Assembly (NCBI GenBank): GCA_036677065.1
Contig: JAKFBS010000008.1
Coordinates: forward strand, 32,001 to 96,000
Direction: 5' to 3'
Length of the DNA stretch: 64,000 nucleotides
Origin: Bdellovibrio sp.
Lineage (GTDB): Bacteria; Bdellovibrionota; Bdellovibrionia; Bdellovibrionales; Bdellovibrionaceae
Part shown: positions 27,091 to 37,445 of the stretch, in pieces
Layout of the letters: each line of letters begins with the position of its first letter
Position numbering within the stretch: position 1 is the first letter of the stretch
The notes under the pieces: model-generated
Told to the model about the DNA's origin: nothing
Seen by the model: only the letters and a program-made list of their open reading frames with translations
The model's database searches: none
Program-made: the position numbers and the translations under genes

Positions 27091-27978
27091 ATGGCTGAAC
27101 AACAACAGGTGCCCGCAGAAATATTAAAAAAGATCAAGCGCATTGAAATTGATACGCGCAAGATGGTGAATAATATTTTTGCCGGCGAATACCACACTAA
27201 ATTCAAAGGCCAAGGCATGACGTTTTCGGATTTTCGCGAATACGTGGCCGGCGATGACGTGCGAAATATTTCGTGGACGTTAATGGCGCGTGCGGGTAAA
27301 CCGTACGTCAAAACTTTTGAAGAAGAGCGCGAATTAACCATGATGATCGTGGTCGATGTGTCGGGTTCTCAGGATTTCGGCTCGCGCGATAATTTTAAAG
27401 GCGAAACTCTAGCTTATGTGGCGGCGACCTTAGCGTTTTCGGCGATTCGCAATAATGACCACGTGGGTTTATGCCTGTTTTCGGATGAAGTTGAACTTTA
27501 CGTTCCGCCGAAAAAAGGTAAACAGCATGTTTACCGCATTTTGCGTGAAATATTATTTTTCAAACCCAAATCAACAAAAACTAAAATCAGTTCGGCCTTA
27601 GACTTCTTGCGCGGAGTTTTAAAAAAACGCGCAACGATTTTTGTGTTAAGTGATTTTCAGGATCAGGGTTATGAAAATTCATTAACTTACTTAGAAAAAA
27701 AACACGAAGTCATCGCAGGGCTTGTAACTGATCCTGCAGAATTTATGTTTCCGGATGTGGGCTTAATTGATTTACATGATGCCGAATCGGGTGAATCCAT
27801 TTTAATCGACACCTCAAACCCTGCGTTTCGTGAAGAGATGCAAAGTAAATTTAAAAATGACTTTGAAAAATTTCAAAAAAATCTAAAACGTTCGGGCATT
27901 GATAGTTTTACTTTTGAAGCCGACGAAAACTTTCACAAATCATTATTAGCCTTTTTCAAAAGAAGGAAGTCTCGGTAA
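27091..27978 (+). CDS. DUF58 domain protein
   Basis: G.GM.F...REY..GDDVR.I.W; position after moxR. Confidence 0.92.
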   Translation: MAEQQQVPAEILKKIKRIEIDTRKMVNNIFAGEYHTKFKGQGMTFSDFREYVAGDDVRNISWTLMARAGKPYVKTFEEERELTMMIVVDVSGSQDFGSRDNFKGETLAYVAATLAFSAIRNNDHVGLCLFSDEVELYVPPKKGKQHVYRILREILFFKPKSTKTKISSALDFLRGVLKKRATIFVLSDFQDQGYENSLTYLEKKHEVIAGLVTDPAEFMFPDVGLIDLHDAESGESILIDTSNPAFREEMQSKFKNDFEKFQKNLKRSGIDSFTFEADENFHKSLLAFFKRRKSR

Positions 27979-28835
27979 TGGCTGATGTGAAGTGCACGGT
28001 TAACATTCCTGAGGTTTCAGATTTAAAGTCGCAAGAGCTGACGGTTGGTCGTCATTTTTTCTTATCGTGTGAAGGCACGTGGGATAAATCATTTGATTTT
28101 ACCAAAGCGCAGTTTTTAACAGACGAACAAACTAAATTTGTTTTTAAATTATTTAAAGCCGAAGCCCGAAGCACCGAAAGTTTTGAAGTCGATATGACTT
28201 TATATGCTGCTGGTCGTGTGCAGTTTCCGAATATGATTATTTCGGATGGCAACTTACAGATTTCAATGGGGCAACAAACTTTTGAAGTGGTTTCAGTTTT
28301 ACCAAAACCTGACCCACAGGCAAAAGAGCCACCTAAACCCTTCGGTTTTGCGATCAGCAGTCTGCACTGGCCAATGGCTTATACCGTAATTTTTGCAGCA
28401 CTCATCTTAGCGGTAATTGTACAGGCGATTATGCTGGCCGCCCGGTCACAGCGCTGGAAACGTTTAGCTGAAGTGGTGCTGGCGTACGATTCAGTTCAGG
28501 CCGCTGATAACCAGTTTTATAAAACCATTCGTGAAATCGAGAAAAAAGATTATCCGATTGCTGAAATTGAAAAAGCAGCCAAAGTTTATATCTTACGCCG
28601 GTTCAGTGTGCCTATTTTTAATTTAGATTTAAAAGAAACCATCAGTTTTATTAAAAAGCGTCATCCGCAATTAAAAGAGCTGCGTCGCCAGGTTTATAAT
28701 ATCGTTAAAGACATCGAAATTTTATCAAAAGATGCAAACATAACCACCGAACAAAAAACTAAATTTATCAGACGTTTTTATGAATTCATTAACCGCTGCG
28801 AAGCCACGGCAAAAACCAGAGGTTTCGGCAAATGA
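27978..28835 (+). CDS. single-TM hypothetical protein of the MoxR/Bat operon
   Basis: translationally coupled; one TM helix. Confidence 0.7.
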   Translation: MADVKCTVNIPEVSDLKSQELTVGRHFFLSCEGTWDKSFDFTKAQFLTDEQTKFVFKLFKAEARSTESFEVDMTLYAAGRVQFPNMIISDGNLQISMGQQTFEVVSVLPKPDPQAKEPPKPFGFAISSLHWPMAYTVIFAALILAVIVQAIMLAARSQRWKRLAEVVLAYDSVQAADNQFYKTIREIEKKDYPIAEIEKAAKVYILRRFSVPIFNLDLKETISFIKKRHPQLKELRRQVYNIVKDIEILSKDANITTEQKTKFIRRFYEFINRCEATAKTRGFGK

Positions 28836-29854
28836 CGATCTTTGGATTTATCTGGGCACAGCCCTGGGTCTTTTTACTGCTTTTATTATTACCGGTCATT
28901 TACTGGTTATATGCGCGTTCGCAAAAAAATAAAGCCACTTTTCAAATTAGCACCGTGCAATTATTTAAACCTTGGGCCGGCCGGGGTAAAGTGCAGCTGG
29001 TGCGTTTTAATACGCTGTTACTATTTATCAGTTTAGCGTTTATGATCGTGGCCTTAGCGCGCCCACAAACGCGCGATGAAAGAGTCAAACGCACATTAGA
29101 TGGTTTAGATATCGTGATCGTCTTAGATATTTCAGATTCGATGTTAATCGAAGATATGAAGCCGACAAATCGCCTAGAATCAGCCAAAGAAACAATCGCT
29201 AATTTTATTAAACAAAGATCTTCTGACCGTATTGGTATTGTGATCTTTGCCGGCGAAGCCTTTACCCTGGTGCCGCCAACTTTAGATTATCAGCTGATCG
29301 AACAGCGTATCGCCCAAATTAGAACCGCTCAGGCAGCGCGTATTAAAGATGGCACCGCGATCGGGGTGGCCACAGCTGCCGGTGCTGCCAGATTAAAAGA
29401 TTCACAGGCCAAAGAGCGCGTTATGATCTTTTTAACAGACGGTGAAAATAACTCGGGCATGATTGACCCTGAAACTGGGTTAGAGATCGCTAAAGGTTAC
29501 GGAATTAAAATTTATTCGATCGGTATTGGTAAATCGGGCCCGACAAAATTACCAATTTATTCAACAGATATGTTCGGTAATAAAGTTAAACGTTACCAGC
29601 CCTTTGAAAGCACCGTAAATGATGAGCTGTTAGGTTTAATGGCCTCAAGCACCGGCGGAAAATACTTCAGAGCCACACGTGAAGATTCATTAGCCGGCGT
29701 ATTTAATGAAATCAACAGCTTAGAGACTACTAAGATCGAAGATCAAAAATTTGTTCGCTATAATGAATTTTTCTATCAGTTCTTAATTTGGGGAATTATT
29801 TTATTTTTAATTAATCGCATTTTAAATTACTCATTTTTAAGACGGGGGCCCTAA
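28832..29854 (+). CDS. batA: BatA-like VWA domain membrane protein
   Basis: ALARPQ, DISDSM MIDAS, LTDGENN. Confidence 0.85.
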   Translation: MTIFGFIWAQPWVFLLLLLLPVIYWLYARSQKNKATFQISTVQLFKPWAGRGKVQLVRFNTLLLFISLAFMIVALARPQTRDERVKRTLDGLDIVIVLDISDSMLIEDMKPTNRLESAKETIANFIKQRSSDRIGIVIFAGEAFTLVPPTLDYQLIEQRIAQIRTAQAARIKDGTAIGVATAAGAARLKDSQAKERVMIFLTDGENNSGMIDPETGLEIAKGYGIKIYSIGIGKSGPTKLPIYSTDMFGNKVKRYQPFESTVNDELLGLMASSTGGKYFRATREDSLAGVFNEINSLETTKIEDQKFVRYNEFFYQFLIWGIILFLINRILNYSFLRRGP

Positions 29855-30915
29855 TGTCAGTCTTACGCTGGGGTAATGCATCGGCATTTAGTTTTTTAAT
29901 TCTTTTGGGCCTTTGGGTTTTAGTATATTTTTATTTCGAAAAAAATTCAGAAAAAAAATTAAACCAGGCTTTCGGTAAAAAAGTGGTGCCGTGGCTTCGC
30001 GCCAGTGTTTCTTTACCGAAACGCCGCTTACAATTATTTTTACAAGCCTTAGCCGGATTTTTTCTAATCACCGCGTTAGCTCGCCCGCAGATGGGGCAAT
30101 CTGAACAAGAAGTAAAATCTGAAGGTGTTGAACTCATGATCGTGGCTGACGTTTCAGATTCGATGTTAGCTGAAGATGTGCGCCCATCGCGTTTAGAACA
30201 AATGAAAATCGAATTAGCTAAACTGATGGATTTAATGCCGGGTAATAAAACAGGCTTAATCGCATTTGCCGGCAGTGCGGCGTTAATGTCGCCGTTAACT
30301 TCTGATCCGGGAGCGCTTAAATTATATATCTCGTCGTTAGATACGTACGCCGTATCGACGCAAGGAACCGCTTTTGAACCTGCACTGTCATTTGCTAAAG
30401 AGGCTTTTGAAAAAGGCGGGGTCACGCAATCTAATGATTTAAAAACCACACGCGTAATTATTGTAGCCTCAGATGGTGAAGACCAAGAAGAAGGTGCCCT
30501 TGAAGCCGCGAAAGCTTTGGCTAAAGACGGCGTTAAAATTATTTCTATCGCCTACGGCACTGAAAAGGGCGGCAGTATCCCGACGCGTGATCCGTTTGGT
30601 AATTTAACGGGCTCGAAAAAAAACAAACAGGGCGAAGTTATTATCACTCAGGTTAAAGGCGAATTTTTAAAATCTTTAGCCCAAGCCGGTGAAGGCAGTT
30701 TTTATTTCGCATCGGCCGAAGGCAGCCATTTAAAACAAATCGCCCAAGATATTAATCTTTATGAAAAAGCGCTGTTTGATTCGTCGATGGTTGTTCAATA
30801 CGACGAAAAATTTAGTTATCCGTTAGCTTTAGGTTTAGCGATTTTATTATTCAGTTTATTAATCAGTGACCGCAAAAAAGAACCCATCATGTGGAAAGGA
30901 CGTTATGAATTTTAA
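29854..30915 (+). CDS. batB: BatB-like VWA domain membrane protein
   Basis: ALARPQ, DVSDSM, SDGED. Confidence 0.8.
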   Translation: MSVLRWGNASAFSFLILLGLWVLVYFYFEKNSEKKLNQAFGKKVVPWLRASVSLPKRRLQLFLQALAGFFLITALARPQMGQSEQEVKSEGVELMIVADVSDSMLAEDVRPSRLEQMKIELAKLMDLMPGNKTGLIAFAGSAALMSPLTSDPGALKLYISSLDTYAVSTQGTAFEPALSFAKEAFEKGGVTQSNDLKTTRVIIVASDGEDQEEGALEAAKALAKDGVKIISIAYGTEKGGSIPTRDPFGNLTGSKKNKQGEVIITQVKGEFLKSLAQAGEGSFYFASAEGSHLKQIAQDINLYEKALFDSSMVVQYDEKFSYPLALGLAILLFSLLISDRKKEPIMWKGRYEF

Positions 30916-31678
30916 GTCTTTTCTTTTAGGTTTGGTTGTTCTGGCTTCGGCGACGGCAGTCGCGCAAGTGTCGGCACCGGTTGCAGCAAGTAATAAATTA
31001 CCGTGGCCAAGTTTAAGTTCGCTTTATTATGATTATAAAGCCCGTAGTGCGCTTAAAGATAAAAACCCCGAGATAGCGCTAGAATATGAATTAAAAATTT
31101 TAGAACATGATCCGCTTTCGATTCAAACCCATTCTAACTTAGGAATTATCTTTGATTCGTTACAGAAAAAAGACGAATCAGGGCAGTCTTTTGATTTAGC
31201 GCTGAATTTATTAGAGCGTTACAAAGATCAATTGTACCCAGGTGATATCTTTCAAATTTATTACAATTTAGGTTTACGTTATCACCAGGCTAAAGAAACC
31301 GAAAAAGCTTTAGAGTTTTATCAGAAAGCTTTAGATGTTAACCCGGCCTCGATAGAGACTAAGCACAATATCGAATTGCTGATTCAGCAACAGCAAGGCG
31401 GCGGTGGTGATGGTAAGTCTGATAAAAAAGACCAAGATGGTAAGGGTGAAAATAAAGACCCAAATGATGGCGAAGATAAAGAAAAGAACAAAGACAAAGA
31501 ACAAGAAAAAGATCGCCAGCAGACCTCTAAATATAAACCTCGCCCGTTTAAAGGCGAGCAGTTAAGCGAAGCAGATGTTAAAAAAATCTTAGGCGAATTA
31601 TCACAGCAAGATAAAAAAATTCGCGCTAATTATAATAAAAAAGATCGCAAAGAGGATAAAAATGCAAAAAATTGGTAA
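30905..31678 (+). CDS. batC: BatC-like TPR protein
   Basis: likely start 30905; TPR (YYNLG...ALEFYQKAL), charged linker, C-terminal Trp. Confidence 0.75.
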   Translation: MNFKSFLLGLVVLASATAVAQVSAPVAASNKLPWPSLSSLYYDYKARSALKDKNPEIALEYELKILEHDPLSIQTHSNLGIIFDSLQKKDESGQSFDLALNLLERYKDQLYPGDIFQIYYNLGLRYHQAKETEKALEFYQKALDVNPASIETKHNIELLIQQQQGGGGDGKSDKKDQDGKGENKDPNDGEDKEKNKDKEQEKDRQQTSKYKPRPFKGEQLSEADVKKILGELSQQDKKIRANYNKKDRKEDKNAKNW

Positions 31679-33638
31679 GAAATCAGTTCTTATTTTGTTT
31701 TTTCAAGTCTTCGCGGTGATGGCCTTTGCCGCCGAGACCTTAAAAGTTGAAATTCAGCCTGAATCAGTCGGGCTTGGTGATACCGTTCAGATTAGTTTAA
31801 CCGTGCAATCATCTGATGATTTTGAAATGAATGACCCGCAGCTTTCAGATATTGCGGGCTTAAAGTTTTTACAAGGGCAAAATGCCGGGCAATCTTCGTC
31901 AACGCGCATGAATTTTGTAAATGGCAAAACTGATTTTAGTAAAACAGTGTCGCAGCAATATATATTTCAGTTCGAAGCCGTTAAGGCGGGGATTGTTACC
32001 ATCCCGGCGATTACCGTTGAAGTGAATGGCAAACAAATCAGATCTGCGCCGCAAAAAATTTCTGTTTCACAAAATAGCCAAGCGCAAAGACAGCCGCGTC
32101 CAAACATTGCCGGCCGCCCACAATTTAAAGACGATGAAGATGACCCGTTTCAGGCTGATGAAGATATGTTTGCGCAATTAATGAAACAGCGTCAGAAAAT
32201 GTTAGAAGAAGTGCAGCGCCAGATGGGGCAAGGCCTGGGCGGCGGCAGAACAGCGCCGAATTTTAACCAGATGCCAAATAATCAAATCCCTTCGCGCACG
32301 ATTGAAAATTTAAATACCAACGAAGCTTTTTTTCTTTTATTAGAAGCCGATAAAAAAACAGTTTATGAAGGTGAACAAATCACCGCCACTTGGCATATTT
32401 ATACCCGCGGTAATTTAGATTCTCTAGATCGCGCAAAGTTTCCGGATTTAAAAGGTTTCTGGAAAGAAATCATCGAAGAAGTGCCGTCATTGCAATTCAC
32501 TGAAGAGATGGTGAATGGCCTGATGTACAAAAAAGCCTTACTGGCAGCGCATGCGCTGTTTCCGATTAAACCTGGAAAAACCACGATCGATGAATTTAAA
32601 ATTAAAGCCAAAGTTCGTCTGCCGACCCAGTTTGGCTGGGGTTCGCAACAGGAATACACCAAAGCCTCTAAGCGCGCAGAAATCACCGTGTTGCCACTGC
32701 CGACCGAGGGTAAACCTTTATCGTTTTCTGGAGCCGTCGGACAGTTTCAAATACAAACTCAAGTTGATGGCACGCAGTTTCCCGCAGGGCAGCCGATTTC
32801 ACTGCGTGTGCGTTTAGAAGGCCAGGGTAATGCCAAGGTGATCGAATTGCCTGAAATCAAATGGCCCGAGAATTTAGAAGTTTATGATACGAAAAGTGAA
32901 TCTAAATTTTTTAAAGATGGATTAAGTTTTAAAGAGTTTGAAATTTTAGTGATTGCGAAAAATCCTGGCGAAGTAAAGATTCCGCAGATTAATTTTTCGT
33001 ATTTTGACCCGACATTAAAACAGTACATCACAAAATCAACTGAAGAATTCAGCATTAATATCACTGAAGCGGTGAAAGGTTCTAGCCTTGCGCCACTTAA
33101 AGCCAGCGATAAAGTGGATGCCCAAAAAGCCGAAGCCGAAAAAGTATTTTTACCGGTCACAGAACTGAGTTCGTCATGGCTGCCAACCGCTGATGCAAAA
33201 CTTCCGATCTTAGCCAGCCTTTCGATGATTGCGATTATTGCGGTGATTGCCCAGTTTTTATTAGCTCTTAAAAATTTACGAATGGCGCCGCAATTATCTT
33301 TTAAAGTCGAAACCAAATTAAAAGTTTTAGAAGGTGCTGTTAAAAATAAAGATTACCGTTTGTTTGGTGCTGAATCGATTAATTTACTTTATTTAGTGAC
33401 GGCCCACTTGGCGCAAGAGCAGAGTGCCACGCAAGACTGGGCCGCATTGTTTTATAAAATGCCCGAAAACTACCGCCAAAGTTACGAGAAAAAATTGAAT
33501 GAACTTTTTGATTATTTTCAGATGGTGGGCTTTGCGCCAGAACCACTGCGTGAGCAGGCCCTTAGTCGTAATGCGCCTGAAGAAATGTTAAAAGAAATCA
33601 AAGCCACTACACTAAAAATTGTGTCTGAATTGCCGTAA
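31662..33638 (+). CDS. batD: BatD family protein
   Basis: signal peptide, YEGEQ, FSGAVGQF, G.GN, SYFDP....Y. Confidence 0.85.
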   Translation: MQKIGKKSVLILFFQVFAVMAFAAETLKVEIQPESVGLGDTVQISLTVQSSDDFEMNDPQLSDIAGLKFLQGQNAGQSSSTRMNFVNGKTDFSKTVSQQYIFQFEAVKAGIVTIPAITVEVNGKQIRSAPQKISVSQNSQAQRQPRPNIAGRPQFKDDEDDPFQADEDMFAQLMKQRQKMLEEVQRQMGQGLGGGRTAPNFNQMPNNQIPSRTIENLNTNEAFFLLLEADKKTVYEGEQITATWHIYTRGNLDSLDRAKFPDLKGFWKEIIEEVPSLQFTEEMVNGLMYKKALLAAHALFPIKPGKTTIDEFKIKAKVRLPTQFGWGSQQEYTKASKRAEITVLPLPTEGKPLSFSGAVGQFQIQTQVDGTQFPAGQPISLRVRLEGQGNAKVIELPEIKWPENLEVYDTKSESKFFKDGLSFKEFEILVIAKNPGEVKIPQINFSYFDPTLKQYITKSTEEFSINITEAVKGSSLAPLKASDKVDAQKAEAEKVFLPVTELSSSWLPTADAKLPILASLSMIAIIAVIAQFLLALKNLRMAPQLSFKVETKLKVLEGAVKNKDYRLFGAESINLLYLVTAHLAQEQSATQDWAALFYKMPENYRQSYEKKLNELFDYFQMVGFAPEPLREQALSRNAPEEMLKEIKATTLKIVSELP

Positions 33639-33712
33639 AACGGCACAGGTAAAATATAGTCTTGTAAACGCTGCTCTTCACTTGTAGCCTTAAATTTTGG
33701 GGGGAGCATCGC

Positions 33713-35086
33713 GTGCGACTAACATCTAGGTTATTATTGATGTCTTTATTATGTGTTTCATTTGGTTGTGTAACGAATTCTAAATCTACAGGACCGACAA
33801 CTGAGTATAATAAAGAAGGCGATCTAGAAAAATTTCGCGTCTCTGAAAGCGAAAAAGAAAGCGCGAAATCGACTAACGCTAAAATTTCTGAAAACCAAGA
33901 GCTTGAGACCATCCCCACAGAAATTAATGAAAAAGTTGAAATGTGGATCAAATACTTTCAGGGCCGCGGCCGTCCACACATGGAGCGCTATTTAGCCCGT
34001 TCTACGCGTTATGAAGCGTTAATGAAAAAAGTTTTACGTGATAATAAATTACCAGAAGATTTATTCTACATCGCTTTAATTGAATCGGGTTTTAGCTCTT
34101 CAGCAAGATCACATGCATCGGCTGTAGGTTACTGGCAATTTATCCGCGGTACAGGAAAACGTTATAAATTAGACATTAATAAAATGGTTGATGAGCGCCG
34201 CGATCCAGTTTTAGCAACGCAAGCGGCTGCAGAGTATTTCAGAGATTTGTACGGTATTTTTAACTCTTGGTATTTATCAATGGCTGCCTACAACGTGGGT
34301 GAAGGCCGTGTGATCAAAGCCGTTAGAAAATACAAAACAAAAGATTTTTGGGAACTTTCAAAAAACCGTAAAGCTTTGCCTGCAGAGACTGATAATTACG
34401 TTCCAAAATATATCGCTGCAAAATTGATTGCAAAAAATCCGGATAAATACGGATTTGAAGGTATCGATTACATGACACCTATTGAATTTGATCATGTAAC
34501 ATTAAAAGAGCCGGTTAATCTTCGTATCATGGCCGAAAAAATGAATTTCAATTACGAAGACTTTAAAGATTTAAATCCAAAATTCAAAGGTGAAATAGCG
34601 CCGCTTGATTTAACTGACAACACTTTAAGTTTACGTATTCCTGCAGGTACCTTAGAAGTAGCTACCTTAGCGGCGCAAAACTCGGTCGCTAGTCTTGTAG
34701 ATTTCGTGCCTGACCAGGTTGAAACCCAGCACTACAAAGTTCGCCGTGGCGACAACTTAGGTGCGATTGCCCGTAAGTACAGAACAACAGTGGCGTACTT
34801 ACGCGAATTAAATGATTTTTCACGTAAGAAAACTATCCGTGTCGGTCAAAAAATTATCGTTCCGGATCGCACGCCATTGATCGAACGCAAATCGACAAAA
34901 GAAAAGAAAAAAACGTCTTCAAAAAGCGTAACATCGAGCAAATTTTATGTGGTTAAAAGAGGCGATTCATTGGCCTCGATTGCTGACAGATATAACTTAT
35001 CTGTTATTGAATTAAGCAAGGCCAACAATATTAAGCGTAAGTCGAAACTACGCGCTGGCGTAAGATTAAGCATTCCTAGAATCTAA
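33713..35086 (+). CDS. mltD: membrane-bound lytic transglycosylase with LysM repeats
   Basis: lipobox, ALIESGF, A.GYWQF, DERRDP, AAYN.GEG, two LysM domains. Confidence 0.9.
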   Translation: MRLTSRLLLMSLLCVSFGCVTNSKSTGPTTEYNKEGDLEKFRVSESEKESAKSTNAKISENQELETIPTEINEKVEMWIKYFQGRGRPHMERYLARSTRYEALMKKVLRDNKLPEDLFYIALIESGFSSSARSHASAVGYWQFIRGTGKRYKLDINKMVDERRDPVLATQAAAEYFRDLYGIFNSWYLSMAAYNVGEGRVIKAVRKYKTKDFWELSKNRKALPAETDNYVPKYIAAKLIAKNPDKYGFEGIDYMTPIEFDHVTLKEPVNLRIMAEKMNFNYEDFKDLNPKFKGEIAPLDLTDNTLSLRIPAGTLEVATLAAQNSVASLVDFVPDQVETQHYKVRRGDNLGAIARKYRTTVAYLRELNDFSRKKTIRVGQKIIVPDRTPLIERKSTKEKKKTSSKSVTSSKFYVVKRGDSLASIADRYNLSVIELSKANNIKRKSKLRAGVRLSIPRI

Positions 35087-35092
35087 GAAACG

Positions 35093-35121
35093 AAAAAAGC
35101 AGCCTCAAAGCTGCTTTTTTT
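35093..35121. terminator. bidirectional intrinsic terminator
   Basis: AAAAAAGCAGC-CTCAAA-GCTGCTTTTTTT. Confidence 0.8.
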
Positions 35122-35190
35122 ATTCATTTTTTGCACTCTGTAGTTCAGCTAGCACCTGCTAGCTAAAACCCTGAGCGTCGGAAATTAAGC

Positions 35191-35235
35191 AAAAAAAAAC
35201 TCTAAACTTTGTCATCCACTGATAAGTTTAGAGTT
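35191..35235 (-). terminator. intrinsic terminator of the riboswitch-bearing RNA
   Basis: 12-bp stem AACTCTAAACTT/AAGTTTAGAGTT followed by a U-tract on - strand. Confidence 0.8.
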
Positions 35236-35314
35236 AAGGGGAATGAAACCAATCCATGAAATTAAATGTATTTGTTTTTCCTTCCATTGCAGTTTTCACC
35301 GCAGGTTCTTATAT

Positions 35315-35406
35315 CCTTTGGTAGCTGGCTGGCTTTTGCTGAATAAACAGCGAGCCCCTATAGCTTTGCGTCCCAGAGTTCCCTCTGGTTTGCCTTGAGG
35401 CAAAAG
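35315..35406 (-). promoter_or_regulatory. c-di-GMP-I (GEMM-I) riboswitch aptamer
   Basis: - strand reads AGGCAAACC-AGAG-GGAA-CTCT-GGGACGCAAAGCTATAGGGGC...GCCAGCCAGCTACC, matching the GEMM-I consensus; G at the ligand-specifying position 20. Confidence 0.92.
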
Positions 35407-35825
35407 AAGGATACGGAATTACCCGTATTCTTTTCAAACCGCTAGTGACCTCCTATTACGTAAGTAAAGAAATCAACTCGAAACCATTGCCTACACCATG
35501 TAAACCGGTTTCCGTCTGTTAAACGGTAAGATATTTTATTTATCGCAACGTCACTTTGGTGCTTTATCGTTATGATCGTGAATTCGCTTCATATAACGTC
35601 CCTCCATTAAAACTAACAACTGACCCAGGTTGACTTGGCCTTGCGACCTTTACCCGGCATACGTTAGAAAGCTTACTCAGCTTTGTTTGCTTGTATGAAT
35701 TAAGAATAGCCTGGGTGCGAATTGTATTTCCAATTTTTTTTGATTAATCTCAAAAAAGAATATAAAACGTCTCAAATTAATTATCTCAATTCTAGGAATT
35801 CGGCTGTGCCGATGCAGGAACAAAT

Positions 35826-37445
35826 ATGGTCGCTTTTAACGCCGTTACAAAACAAGTTGGTACTAAAATTTTATACGCAAATGGATCATTCCAAATTAAT
35901 CCTGGCGATAAAATCGGCCTGGTTGGCTCTAACGGTTCAGGAAAAACGACAATCTTTCGTTTAATTATGAACGAAGAGTCTCCTGATCAAGGCACTATCT
36001 CTAAACCTGAAAGAATTCGTATTGGTTATTTCTCGCAAAGTATCGAGAACATGAAAGGCCGTTCTGTATTGGCTGAAGTGTTAGCGAGCGGAGGCTTAGA
36101 TAAAGTAGTCGATATGATTAAGCACTACGAAGAGCGCTTACAAGATCCAAATCTTGGTGAAGACGAGATGATGGATGTCGTGGAAAAATACGGCGTGCTG
36201 CAAGAACAATTTGAAGCTGTTGGCGGCTATGATGTAGAACCGCGTGCTTCTGCGATCTTAGGCGGTCTTGGATTTTCTAAAGAAGATATGCAAATGGATA
36301 TCGGCCAGTTCTCGGGCGGTTGGAAAATGCGTGCAAGCCTTGCTAAGATTTTATTACTTATGCCTGATGTTTTATTAATGGATGAGCCGACGAATCACTT
36401 AGATGTTGAATCGATCGTGTGGCTTGAAGCTTGGTTAAAAGATTTTAAAGGCTCAGTACTCATGACTTCGCATGATCGTGATTTCATGAATAGACTTGTG
36501 ACTAAAACTATCGAGATCGCGAATAAAGCTATTACCGTGTACGGCGGTAATTACGATTTCTATGATAAAGAACGTCAAATTCGTAAAGAGCAATTAATCG
36601 CGCAAGCTCGTCGCCAAGACGATATGTTAGCTAAAGAAGAAGAATTTATCGCGCGCTTTGCGGCTCGTGCCTCGCATGCAGCGCAAGTGCAATCGCGTGT
36701 TAAAAAATTAGAAAAAATTGATCGCATTGAAATTCCACCAGAAGATCGCGCGATGGATTTCGTTTGGCCAGAACCACCACGCGGTGGCGATGAAGTTGTG
36801 AAGTTTGAAAAACTTGGCAAAACTTATCACTTAAAAGATGGCCGTGATAGAAACGTATTTAACAATGCCACGGCCTTAGTTAAACGTATGGACCGCGTAG
36901 CCGTAGTCGGTGTGAACGGTGCGGGTAAATCGACTTTACTTAAAATAATCACTAAGCAAACTGAAGCCAGTGCTGGAACTTGTACAGTTGGGCCTTCTAT
37001 TTCTGTAGGCTATTTTTCGCAGAACTCTTTAGATTTATTGAATCCAAATAACACCATCATGCAGGAGATGGAATCGCGTGTTCCGAATGCAACGATTGGT
37101 TCGATCAAAAGTTTATTAGGCGCGTTCTTATTTTCTGGTGAAGAAGCAGAAAAGAAAATTTCTATTTTATCGGGTGGTGAAAAATCACGCGTGATTTTAG
37201 CGTGTATTTTATCAGAGCCCGTGAATTTTCTAGTACTGGATGAGCCAACGAATCACTTGGATATTAAATCGCGTGAAGTCTTATTAAAAGCGATCAAAGA
37301 ATTTCCGGGAACAGTAATGATGGTATCCCATGATCGTTTTTTCTTACGTGAAATCACTACACGCGTGTTCGAGATCGATAAGAATCACTTAACGACTTAT
37401 GATATGACTTATCCTGAGTATGTAGAACGCGTTCACCACAATTAA
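35826..37445 (+). CDS. ABC-F family ATP-binding protein
   Basis: two ABC cassettes (GSNGSGKT, SGGWKMR, DEPTNHLD x2), no TM. Confidence 0.95.
   Translation: MVAFNAVTKQVGTKILYANGSFQINPGDKIGLVGSNGSGKTTIFRLIMNEESPDQGTISKPERIRIGYFSQSIENMKGRSVLAEVLASGGLDKVVDMIKHYEERLQDPNLGEDEMMDVVEKYGVLQEQFEAVGGYDVEPRASAILGGLGFSKEDMQMDIGQFSGGWKMRASLAKILLLMPDVLLMDEPTNHLDVESIVWLEAWLKDFKGSVLMTSHDRDFMNRLVTKTIEIANKAITVYGGNYDFYDKERQIRKEQLIAQARRQDDMLAKEEEFIARFAARASHAAQVQSRVKKLEKIDRIEIPPEDRAMDFVWPEPPRGGDEVVKFEKLGKTYHLKDGRDRNVFNNATALVKRMDRVAVVGVNGAGKSTLLKIITKQTEASAGTCTVGPSISVGYFSQNSLDLLNPNNTIMQEMESRVPNATIGSIKSLLGAFLFSGEEAEKKISILSGGEKSRVILACILSEPVNFLVLDEPTNHLDIKSREVLLKAIKEFPGTVMMVSHDRFFLREITTRVFEIDKNHLTTYDMTYPEYVERVHHN

Larger units (their letters stand above)
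35191..35645 (-). ncRNA. stand-alone riboswitch-containing RNA (merRNA-like); 5' end estimated
   Basis: aptamer followed by a terminator with no long CDS downstream; lies in a ~740-nt intergenic region. Confidence 0.6.

Noticed and set aside
35651..35675. sigma28 promoter for the riboswitch RNA (TAAG-N13-GCCGGGTA)
   Set aside because: Spacer 2 nt short and -10 degenerate; used only as a rough 5' estimate
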